The notes under the pieces: generated by a model
The model's input: the letters and a program-made list of their open reading frames with translations, nothing else
Databases searched by the model: none
What the model was told of the DNA's origin: nothing
NCBI GenBank assembly: GCA_964372275.1
Contig: CAYJRR010000016.1
Location: 1 to 48,874 of the forward strand
Reading direction: 5' to 3'
Source of the DNA: an uncultured bacterium
Lineage (GTDB): Bacteria > CAYJRR01
DNA: 48,874 nucleotides
Shown here: positions 21,381 through 29,669 of the stretch, piece after piece
Position numbering within the stretch: the first letter of the stretch is position 1
Layout: each line of letters starts with the position of its first letter
Made by a program: the position numbers and the translations under genes

Positions 21381-22070
21381 CTAGAATCGAACGCGCCACG
21401 GTCGCTTGTGGCAGCAATCGGACCGCCGCCTCCGGATCCACCGCTCCGCGCACAGGAGGAGCGGTCCCGCGATTCCGTCGTTGATCAACGTCTCCTTCGT
21501 ACGGGTCGCCGGAAGCCACACTGGGGATTCCAAGTCACGTAGCGACCGTCCGTGGTTCCTTGCAGATGCTTCCGGCGACACATGATGGACACCGATCGCA
21601 ACGACCGCCTCCGTCCTGGCCGCGTTGAATCCAACTCTCGGCAGTTGCAGGACTCCTTCTTTGCCATCACGCGGCCAATCGGGATCCCACCAATCGACGT
21701 CGGGATTCGCGAGCACCGTCGATAGATCGATGGACTCGTTCCGTTTCGCATCTAGATCCTGACAATCTTCGCGCGCACAGGTGAAGGTCGGCAGATCTGG
21801 AACCCCGCAGAGTTGGCAGCTCCCTGGTGACGTCGTCCGCCGCTCAATCCGAAACGCACGAGGTCGCACCGAGCGAAAATGCGAGAGCACCGCTCTGATA
21901 GACGGAACTGTCCAGATTCGGCAAATCGACGCGGCCTCTCTGATCGACGAGCAGGATCGAGAGACGGAGTGAATACGGCACCACCTCCCGATTTCGACGC
22001 TCTATTTGCTTCCGACCTCGTGCATCCGACGGCCAGGGCGATCAACAGAGGTAGAACGCACGGCCGACAC
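21381..22070 (-). pseudogene. possible degraded lipoprotein gene
   Basis: Lipobox-like VLPLLIALAVGC in one frame and protein-like GVLQLPRVGFNAARTEAVV in another; lower-GC region with no clean ORF. Confidence 0.3.
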
Positions 22071-22129
22071 GTAGCGGTAGCTCGCTGACGGCAGTCCCCG
22101 TGCGGGGGAAACGGGCTTAAGATTGAGGA

Positions 22130-23737
22130 ATGCCGGCTCGTCGACTGCGGCCTCGCGAGTGGCGGATTCCATCCGTTCGGATGAGCGAAGCCGTACGCGT
22201 GGTGCGGACCATTCCGCTCGTCGTTGGCCTCGCGGCTTCGACGGCGGCGGGGCAGGAGGAGTGCGCGGCGGAGAAGGGGGAGCTGCAGGCGGCGGAGGGA
22301 GTGTTGGAGGAGTGCGTCGTCATCGGGATCGGAGGATGTGAGGAGGAGCAGAAGCGGAAGGCGGCGGCGGTGGCGGCGGTGGAGCGGTGTCGGGGGGGCG
22401 GTGCGGCGGGGGCTTCGCCGGCCGGGGGGAAGGCGGAGGGGTCCGGCGGATTCGGGACGATCGACGAGCGGCTGTATGGGATCGAGCCGGCCGACGGTGG
22501 GCGCGGCGGGGCCGGCGGGGCGCAGAGCGGGCGAGACGGAGTCGGTGAGGCGGTGGAGGGGGCGACGCCGGCGGCTTCGTGGTCGGGGGGGAAGGTCGCG
22601 GTCGTCGTCGAGGGGTTGTCGGGGATCGAGCAGGAGGCGGTGGTGCTCGCGGCGCGGGGGGCGTTTCCGCGGGAGGCGTTGATCGACGCGGGGGCGGTAC
22701 GGGGGGCGCGGGCGTTCCTCGGGGTCTCGACGCTCGACGACGCGGCGGCGGAGAAGTTGCGCGCCGACCTGCGCGCCGACCGGTTGCTGGTCCTCTTCGT
22801 CAAGCCGAACGGGGCGTCGCGGTATCTGGCGCTGCGCGCCTTCGACGCGGCGGGGTCGACGCAACAGTTCGCGGAGGCAACGAACAAGACGATGGCGGCG
22901 GAGGTGAAGCGGATGATCGCCGAGCTGCCGCCGGCGGGTTCGCGTGCGGCGGCGGGATCGGCGTCGGCCAGCGGATCGGGTCCGGCAACGGTTTCCGGTT
23001 CGGGCGTCGGTCCCGGTACCTCCACGGCACCGGAATGGAGCTCCGAGTCCTCCCCCTGGGGTCCGCCGCAGGGTGGCCGTTCGGGCTCCGCCCCCACGTG
23101 GGGGGGCGCGGCGGGATCGGGGGCCGTTACCACGCCGACGGGGCCGCCCGGCGCCCGGCCGATGCCCTATGTCGACGTCGACGCCTTCGGCGGCACGAAA
23201 GGGCTCGCGACCGGCGACTGGGCACCGCTCGCGTCGCAGACGGAGTTCGGGGTCCTGTCGACGGTCGGCGGCGCGCGCTGGCCGGCGCACGTCGCGGTCG
23301 ATCTGTTCCAGTCGTCGGCGGACGCGAAGGTCGACGGGGTTCCGGTTCGGGCGCGCACCACCGAGATCTGCGTCGGCGCGCGGCGGATCTTCGAGATGCC
23401 GGTCGTTCGCCCCCACGTGGGGGTCGGCGTCGCGCGCGTCGACGTCGCCAACGCCGCCGAGTTCGAGGACGGCACGGAGCGCGCGAACGGGTCCGGGACC
23501 GGCGCGTGGGTTTCGGCCGGCGCGTTCCTCCGGCTCGGCCGGTTCGCCAATCTCGGGTTCGTCGCGCGGTGGTCGTCGGCGAGCGCGCGCATCCAAGGCG
23601 GCGACGTGGCGGCCGGCGGGCTGCACGCCGGGGTGACGCTCGGCTTCGGAGCCGGCAGCGCGGCGAGCCCCGCCCGGCGGACGCAAGACGACGGCGCACG
23701 CGACTCGGGCTTCCGTCCGTGGGGGGCCCCGCGGTGA
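22130..23737 (+). CDS. hypothetical exported protein with C-terminal outer-membrane beta-barrel-like domain
   Basis: Signal-like segment, Cys-containing N-domain, S/G/P linkers, C-terminal alternating amphipathic strands (RPHVGVGVA, GAWVSAGAFLRL, GLHAGVTLGF). Alternative start at 22181. Confidence 0.7.
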   Translation: MPARRLRPREWRIPSVRMSEAVRVVRTIPLVVGLAASTAAGQEECAAEKGELQAAEGVLEECVVIGIGGCEEEQKRKAAAVAAVERCRGGGAAGASPAGGKAEGSGGFGTIDERLYGIEPADGGRGGAGGAQSGRDGVGEAVEGATPAASWSGGKVAVVVEGLSGIEQEAVVLAARGAFPREALIDAGAVRGARAFLGVSTLDDAAAEKLRADLRADRLLVLFVKPNGASRYLALRAFDAAGSTQQFAEATNKTMAAEVKRMIAELPPAGSRAAAGSASASGSGPATVSGSGVGPGTSTAPEWSSESSPWGPPQGGRSGSAPTWGGAAGSGAVTTPTGPPGARPMPYVDVDAFGGTKGLATGDWAPLASQTEFGVLSTVGGARWPAHVAVDLFQSSADAKVDGVPVRARTTEICVGARRIFEMPVVRPHVGVGVARVDVANAAEFEDGTERANGSGTGAWVSAGAFLRLGRFANLGFVARWSSASARIQGGDVAAGGLHAGVTLGFGAGSAASPARRTQDDGARDSGFRPWGAPR

Positions 23738-24363
23738 CGGAGCGACGGCGTCGGGCGGCGATCGCGGCGGCTCTCCTCGTCGCGGCGGCGATCGGATGCG
23801 ACTCCGGCGCTGGCGACGCGATCCTCGACATGTTTCCGCCGGCGCCGACGCCGACGCTCGGCACCGCCACCGTCACCGGGACGTTCGGCGGCGAGACGAT
23901 CGTCGTCGCCTCGGCGGTCAGCACGCGCGTCGACCTCTCGGGCGGGGACCGCGTCGGCGCGATCCTGCTCGCCGACGAACCCGACTTCTGCGGCGTCCTC
24001 ACCGACGGATACATCCCGTTCGGCGTCCGCTTCATCCAGTTCGAGCTGTTCCAGGGCGGCGGTCCGCTGCTCGAGCCGCCGGAAGAGACGGGGACCTACA
24101 CCGTCGTCCCGCTCGACGGGGACGACTCGATTCCGAAGGGGGCGAGCCTGCTCTACTCGCGGGTGAACGCCTCGGAGTGCTCGCTCGCGAAACAGGTCGA
24201 CGTCGATTCGGGGACGGTGGAGCTCGTCGCCGTCGACGTCGGAACGTTCGCCGGCTCGTTCGAGGCGGTCACCGAGAGCGGCGAGCCGATCGAAGGGGCC
24301 TTCAATCCGGTGCTCTGTCCCGCGGTCGGCGACTTCTACGACCCGGGACTTCCCTGCCTGTAG
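23734..24363 (+). CDS. hypothetical lipoprotein
   Basis: GTG start overlapping the upstream TGA; RRRRAAIAAALLVAAAIGC lipobox; acidic, beta-rich mature part with four further Cys. Confidence 0.8.
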   Translation: MTERRRRAAIAAALLVAAAIGCDSGAGDAILDMFPPAPTPTLGTATVTGTFGGETIVVASAVSTRVDLSGGDRVGAILLADEPDFCGVLTDGYIPFGVRFIQFELFQGGGPLLEPPEETGTYTVVPLDGDDSIPKGASLLYSRVNASECSLAKQVDVDSGTVELVAVDVGTFAGSFEAVTESGEPIEGAFNPVLCPAVGDFYDPGLPCL

Positions 24364-24408
24364 CGCGACCGGGCAGCGCCGGCGCCCCTGGCGATCGGCC
24401 TCGCGACC

Positions 24409-25410
24409 CTACCGCGGCATTCCGGCGCCGGCGATCGACCCGCCGCTCGTTCCGTCAGGAGCCCGCCATGGGCGCGTGTCGACGTTCCGCGCAGCCTGGC
24501 TTCCGAACGGCACGAACACCCCGTAGCGCCGATAGACTTCGCTCGCCCCGCGCACGCGAGCCGCGTTGAAGTAGGGGTTCTGCCCGTGCAAACCGCTCGG
24601 TTTCGGAAGGCGGCCTCGCCGCAGGCGAAGGTGCCGGACGCCCTTCCCCGGCCCGACGTTGTAATAGAGATAGATCCAGCCGTCCCGCTCCGACGGCGTC
24701 ATCCAGAGGAGGTCGATGCCGTTTCGTCGAGCGTCACGCTCGAAACGACGCTCCATGTCGGAAAGCATGGCGCCGATCCCCTCCAGCGTCGCGGGGATCC
24801 CCACGAAATGAAACGCCGGAAAGGCGTCGCCGACTTCGTTGGTCGCGGTCACGCCGGGGAACAAGACGACCCCGTCGAACTCGCGCCGGAGGAGCCCACG
24901 TGCCTTCAGGTCTGGCATCCGTTCGGCGAAGCTGTCCGCCCCGATTTGGAAGAATCCATCTACCACATATTGGTCGGGATCCACCCGCTGGCCCATGATG
25001 CGCTCGAAGTCGATCATTCCGTCGATCACGCCGTTCAGCCCCTCTTGGAACGCCGTCACAGCGAGCAGGGTCGGATCGACGCCGGTGCGCACGGCGCCCG
25101 CCAGGATGGAACGTCCCACCGCGCCGCCGAGGTCGTCGAGGTACCCGATGCTTCGCATCGGCGCGGTTCCGAAGCGTGAGGTCAACTCCGACAGCAGCGC
25201 CTGGTAACCGTCCGGGTCGGATGCAATGCGGACCTGAACCGATCGAATGCGAGACTCGGACGCCGCCATGTATTCGAGGAAGCCGGGCACGGCTTCGAGC
25301 GGACCCGAGACGGCCTGCGCATTCGATGACGTCGGCAGGAGCGATGCCGCCACCACGGTCCCCACAAAGGCACCGGCGAACATCGATCGAAGTCCCGTTC
25401 CGTTGACCAT
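24409..25410 (-). CDS. secreted protein with divergent lytic transglycosylase (SLT/lysozyme-like) motifs
   Basis: Signal peptide ending SNA-Q; GVDPTLLAVTAFQEG, DGFFQIG, YLYYNVGPG; RBS GGAGGGG. Confidence 0.7.
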   Translation of the reverse strand: MVNGTGLRSMFAGAFVGTVVAASLLPTSSNAQAVSGPLEAVPGFLEYMAASESRIRSVQVRIASDPDGYQALLSELTSRFGTAPMRSIGYLDDLGGAVGRSILAGAVRTGVDPTLLAVTAFQEGLNGVIDGMIDFERIMGQRVDPDQYVVDGFFQIGADSFAERMPDLKARGLLRREFDGVVLFPGVTATNEVGDAFPAFHFVGIPATLEGIGAMLSDMERRFERDARRNGIDLLWMTPSERDGWIYLYYNVGPGKGVRHLRLRRGRLPKPSGLHGQNPYFNAARVRGASEVYRRYGVFVPFGSQAARNVDTRPWRAPDGTSGGSIAGAGMPR

Positions 25411-25434
25411 GGCCCCTCCGACCCGGTGAGAAGG

Positions 25435-25449
25435 GCATCGACCGTGCCA
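25435..25449 (-). promoter_or_regulatory. sigma54 promoter
   Basis: Minus strand TGGCACG-gtcg-ATGC, about 25 nt upstream of ATG 25410. Confidence 0.7.
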
Positions 25450-25600
25450 TCCGGCCGTATCCGAAAGACGACGCGATCCTGCGATCTTCTGCGTGTGGCC
25501 GCGATCCGATCCCGAGGGCAATCGAACCCAGGTGGGAGAACGACGCGCGTGCGACGAACGAGACGCGGGCGGCGCGCGTACAGCCGATCGGTCGATCGAG

Positions 25601-26095
25601 CTACCGGGGCGCGCCGGCGCCCGCGGTGGTGGTCTCCGCGCCGCCACCGGCGGCCGGCCGGGTGTCGGAGCTCCTCGATTCGTCGTTGCCGACGAGAGGC
25701 CGGGCGGAGGCGAGTCCTTCGAGCTGCCGGTCGATCTGCCGCACGCGGGCGTCGATCGTGTCGAGCTCGCGAAACTTCGCCATCATGCGGCCTTCGCGAT
25801 AGTACCCGTAGCAGATCAGGACGAATCCGCTCCCGCCGACGATCCATCCGACCGGTCCCGAGGCGATGGCCGCGGGTCCGTAGGCGGATGCGAGCGCGAG
25901 GATCCCGCCACCGGTCTTGCCACCGATGGCGAACGCCCGATCCCCCTTCGCCGCGGTGTGGATGGCGACGTAGCGGTCGACGAGCGACGCCCGCTCCTTG
26001 CGAAGGACCTCGGCGGCGTCCCCTTCCGAACGCGCCAGGCCCGGCGACATCACGATCGACACGCACGCGAGAAGGATCCCGATCCACGCCTTCAT
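25601..26095 (-). CDS. hypothetical secreted protein with hydrophobic hairpin and coiled coil
   Basis: MKAWIGILLACVSIVMSPGLARS signal; GGGILALASAYGPAAIASGPVGWIVGGSGFVLICYGYY; RBS GGAGG. Confidence 0.75.
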   Translation of the reverse strand: MKAWIGILLACVSIVMSPGLARSEGDAAEVLRKERASLVDRYVAIHTAAKGDRAFAIGGKTGGGILALASAYGPAAIASGPVGWIVGGSGFVLICYGYYREGRMMAKFRELDTIDARVRQIDRQLEGLASARPLVGNDESRSSDTRPAAGGGAETTTAGAGAPR

Positions 26096-26123
26096 GACCG
26101 CCTCCAATCGGGGGCGGGAAAAG

Positions 26124-26138
26124 GCAGCGATCGTGCCA
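26124..26138 (-). promoter_or_regulatory. sigma54 promoter
   Basis: Minus strand TGGCACG-atcg-CTGC, about 28 nt upstream of ATG 26095. Confidence 0.7.
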
Positions 26139-26258
26139 GGCGATCGGCAGAGGAATTCGCCGTGGCGACAGCCACCTGCGGAGGCCCCGGTGCGCGCGGC
26201 CCGAGGGGTTCCGTACCCACCGGGGAGATCGACGCCGCAGTCGCGCGGCGGGGCGCGG

Positions 26259-27161
26259 TCAGCGGACGCAGGCGGCGAGCGCGTCGTCGATGTGCGTGAA
26301 GCGGAATTTGTAGCCGCTCGCGCGTGCGGCTTCGGGAACGACGCGCTGGCTGGCGAGGACGGTCAGGTCGGCCATCTCGCCGAGCGCCAGCCGGAGCACG
26401 GGCGGCGGAACGGGGATCCGGGCGGGACGTCGCACCGCGCGGGCGAGCGCGCGGGTGAAATCGCGGTTGGTCACCACGCCGGCGACGGCGTTCACCGGAC
26501 CGTCGAGCGACGGCGAATCGATCGCGTGGAGGATCAGGCCGACCTCGTCGTCGAGGTGGATCCACGGCATCCAACGGCGGCCGGCGCCGATCGGACCGCC
26601 GAGGCCGAGCGTGAACGGAAGGAGCATCTTCCCGAGCAGCCCGCCCGACGGCCCGAGGACGAGTCCGGTGCGGATCTTCACCACGCGGCACTCCAGCGCC
26701 CGCGCCGGATCGGCGGCGGCCTCCCAGTCGACGCAGAGGCGGGCGAGGAAGTCGTCGCCGGGGGGCGCCGTCTCGTCGACCGGGTCGTCGGCGCGGGCGC
26801 CGTAGTATCCGCTCGCGGAACCGGCGACGAACACCTTCGGCCGCGCCCCCGAGCGGCGGATCCCTTCGACCAGCGCGCGCGTCCCCTCGACGCGCGACGC
26901 GTAGAGCCGCCGCTTGCGCGCCTCGGTCCAGCGGCGGTCGGCGATGCCCTCCCCCGCCAGGCTGACGACGGCGTCGGCGCCGGCGAGCGTCTCGGGCAAC
27001 GGGGGTCCTTGCGTGGCGTCCCAGGCGAACGTCTCCGCCCCCGCGAGCTTCTTTCGCGTTGGATCGCGCGTCAGCGCGCGCACGCGGTCGCCTCGCGCGA
27101 TCAGCGCCGCCACGAGCGCGCGCCCGATGAAGCCGGTCGCGCCCGAGACGACGACGATCAC
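26259..27161 (-). CDS. TIGR01777-type NAD-dependent epimerase family protein (YfcH-like)
   Basis: VVSGATGFIG, LAGEGIADRRWT...SRVEGT, SASGYYG, FLARLCVDWE, PWIHLDD, VLASQRVVP. Confidence 0.9.
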   Translation of the reverse strand: MIVVVSGATGFIGRALVAALIARGDRVRALTRDPTRKKLAGAETFAWDATQGPPLPETLAGADAVVSLAGEGIADRRWTEARKRRLYASRVEGTRALVEGIRRSGARPKVFVAGSASGYYGARADDPVDETAPPGDDFLARLCVDWEAAADPARALECRVVKIRTGLVLGPSGGLLGKMLLPFTLGLGGPIGAGRRWMPWIHLDDEVGLILHAIDSPSLDGPVNAVAGVVTNRDFTRALARAVRRPARIPVPPPVLRLALGEMADLTVLASQRVVPEAARASGYKFRFTHIDDALAACVR

Positions 27162-27219
27162 GCCGCGCCTCCGCCGCGGACGACGACCACGGCGATCGGA
27201 TGCGCGGACATGCGGCGGG

Positions 27220-28056
27220 TCATCGCTGGCACCGGTCGCACCAGAAGGTCGAGCGGCCGCCCTGCTCCGTGCGGCGGATCGGCTTCCGACAGCGCGGGCA
27301 GGGCTCGCCGCCGCGGTCGTAGACGAGGAACGGGTTCGGAGCGCCGGGCTCCTCGACGTAGACCACCTCGGGGCCCTTCTCCTTGGCGAGCGTCTCGCGC
27401 ACCGACGCGACAATCGCCTTCGCCAACCGCGTCCACTCCGCGCCGCCGAGCGCGCACGCGGGGCGGAACGGGGAGATCTTCGCCCGCCACAGCGCCTCGG
27501 CTGCCTGGATGTTCCCAAGACCGGCGACGCGCGTCTGGTCCATCAGCGCGAGCTTCGCCGGACGCTTCCATTCGCCGATCCGCCCGCGCAACACGTCGCC
27601 GTCGAACGGGTCGGCGAGCGGGTCGACCCCGAGCGATCCGAAGGCCGCCGCTTCGATCGCGGGACGCGGACCGACCTCGAAGCGGCCGAACTGGCGCGGG
27701 TCGGCGTAATGGAGCACGCGCCCGTCATCGAGGAACAGACGGGCGCGCGAATGCCGCACCGCCTCGCCCGGCGCGCGGCGCACGACGCGGCCGGTCATGC
27801 CGAGATGGACGCGGATCGCGAGATCCCCGGCTCGCGCGGCCCGGCCGGCGGCCGCGGATCGCAGTTCGACGAGCACGTTCTTCCCGCGCCGGCGCACCCG
27901 CCCGACGCGCGCCCCCGCAAGGAGCGCCGCCACGCGGTCGGGCGAGCCTGGACGCAACACACGCGATCGCTCCGCCTCGGCGCGGACGACGACGCGGCCT
28001 TTGGCCCAGCGCGCGAGGTTGCGGGCGGCGATCTCCACCTCGGGGAGCTCGGGCAT
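27220..28056 (-). CDS. mutM: formamidopyrimidine-DNA glycosylase (Fpg/MutM)
   Basis: MPELPEVE, RRGK, HLGMTG, DPRQFG, LMDQTRVAGLGNI, zinc finger CPRC...CDRC. Confidence 0.95.
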   Translation of the reverse strand: MPELPEVEIAARNLARWAKGRVVVRAEAERSRVLRPGSPDRVAALLAGARVGRVRRRGKNVLVELRSAAAGRAARAGDLAIRVHLGMTGRVVRRAPGEAVRHSRARLFLDDGRVLHYADPRQFGRFEVGPRPAIEAAAFGSLGVDPLADPFDGDVLRGRIGEWKRPAKLALMDQTRVAGLGNIQAAEALWRAKISPFRPACALGGAEWTRLAKAIVASVRETLAKEKGPEVVYVEEPGAPNPFLVYDRGGEPCPRCRKPIRRTEQGGRSTFWCDRCQR

Positions 28057-28061
28057 CTCCG

Positions 28062-29582
28062 TTACCTCCGCTCGAATCCGGCCGCTGGCCCGATCACCTG
28101 GGCGTAGAGCTCGCGCCAGCGCGCGCGCGCCTCCCGGTATCGCGCGTGTCGCGCGCTCGACGGCGGAACCGGCTCCGACGCGAGCGCCGGGATCTCCGAC
28201 AGGTCGGCGGCGATTCCGGCGGCAACCAGCCCCACCATCGCCGCGCCGCGCGCCGACGCCTCCTTCCACGGCGACCGCACCACCGGCCGCCCGAGCACGT
28301 CGGCGAGGAGCTGCACCCAGACGGGCGACTTCAACAACGCGACGCCGCTGGCGATGACCTCCGCGCGCCCGGGCAGCGCCGGTTCGAGCCGGTCGACGAC
28401 GTCGGCGAGGCCGAAGGCGATCGCTTCCAGTCCCGCGCGCAGGAAGTCGACCGGGCGGGTGCCGAGCGAGACGCCGGCGAAGACGCCGCGCGCGCCGTCG
28501 TGCCAACCGGGACTGCGCTCGCCGGCAAGGTAGGGAAGGAACGTCAACGACCCGATGCCGTCCGACCCTTCGAGGGCCCAGGCGATCTCCGCCTCCGCGT
28601 CGTCGAGGTTGCCGACGCGGAAGGTCTCGAGCAGCCACTGCACCAGGCTCCCTCCGGCGCCGAGCGATCCGCCCATCAAGGTGCGGTGCGGCGCGCAGGC
28701 GTACGTCCACAGACCCGCCGGAAGCGTCGCCGGGGGCGGTCCGTCGAGCCAGGCGCGCGCCGACGACGACGTCCCGACCATCGTCACGATCCGGTTGGCG
28801 CGGCGCGATCCGACGCCGGCGGTCCCCAGGCTGCTGGTCGCGCCGTCGCCGATCGCCGGCGCCCAGGGGATCTGTCCCAGCCGCGGCCACCGCGTCCGCA
28901 TTTCGGGGCGCAGTCCCCGCAATCGGTGGTCGTAGGGGACGACCGTACCCAACCGCTCCGGACCGATCCCCAGCGCGTCGAGGATCCGCGCGTCCCACCG
29001 TCCGGTGCGCAGCTCGAGCAGGCCCGAGGCCGAGGCGCACGCGGGGGAGACGACCGCCTCGCCGTGCAGGCGCAGCGCGATCAGCTCCCCGATCGAGACG
29101 AACCGCTCGGCCTTGCGGAAGGCGTCCGGATCGGTGCGCTTCAACCACGCCAACTTCGCCGGCACGTAGGCGGCGTGGAGCGGGCAGCCGGTCCGCTGGT
29201 AGGTCGCGTCGAATCCGAGCTTCGCGCGCAGGCGCGCCGCGTCCGGCGCCGACCGCATGTCGAGCCACAGGAGCAGCGGCGTGACCGCGCGCCCGTGCGC
29301 GTCGATCCCGACGACGCTGTGCCAGAAGGTCGAGATCCCGACCGCTTCGACCGCGTCGAACGGCGCCGGCGCCTGGGCGGCCAAGGCGTCGATCGTCCCG
29401 AGCAGCCGCTCCATCAGGTGCTCCGCGTCGAAGGTCGCGCCTCCGCCGGCGTGCGGCGTCGGCCGGTGCGGCACGCGCACCAGGGCCTCGGGGATCGGCC
29501 GCGCCTCCCGGTCGAAGACCATCGCCCGCACCGACGAGGTGCCGACGTCCAGCGCGAGCACGCTTGGGGCGGGTTCGAACAC
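28062..29582 (-). CDS. gntK: gluconokinase (FGGY carbohydrate kinase family)
   Basis: LALDVGTSS, STFWHS, YQRTGCPLH, IGDGA, LPYLAGERSPGW, EASARGAA. Confidence 0.8.
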   Translation of the reverse strand: MFEPAPSVLALDVGTSSVRAMVFDREARPIPEALVRVPHRPTPHAGGGATFDAEHLMERLLGTIDALAAQAPAPFDAVEAVGISTFWHSVVGIDAHGRAVTPLLLWLDMRSAPDAARLRAKLGFDATYQRTGCPLHAAYVPAKLAWLKRTDPDAFRKAERFVSIGELIALRLHGEAVVSPACASASGLLELRTGRWDARILDALGIGPERLGTVVPYDHRLRGLRPEMRTRWPRLGQIPWAPAIGDGATSSLGTAGVGSRRANRIVTMVGTSSSARAWLDGPPPATLPAGLWTYACAPHRTLMGGSLGAGGSLVQWLLETFRVGNLDDAEAEIAWALEGSDGIGSLTFLPYLAGERSPGWHDGARGVFAGVSLGTRPVDFLRAGLEAIAFGLADVVDRLEPALPGRAEVIASGVALLKSPVWVQLLADVLGRPVVRSPWKEASARGAAMVGLVAAGIAADLSEIPALASEPVPPSSARHARYREARARWRELYAQVIGPAAGFERR

Positions 29583-29669
29583 GTTGGCGCGCGAGGCTAC
29601 CGAAGATCGATGGCGCGCGGAAGTCGCTGGTCCGTGCCGAATCCCGGGTTACCTTTTCGGGGAGCCGCC

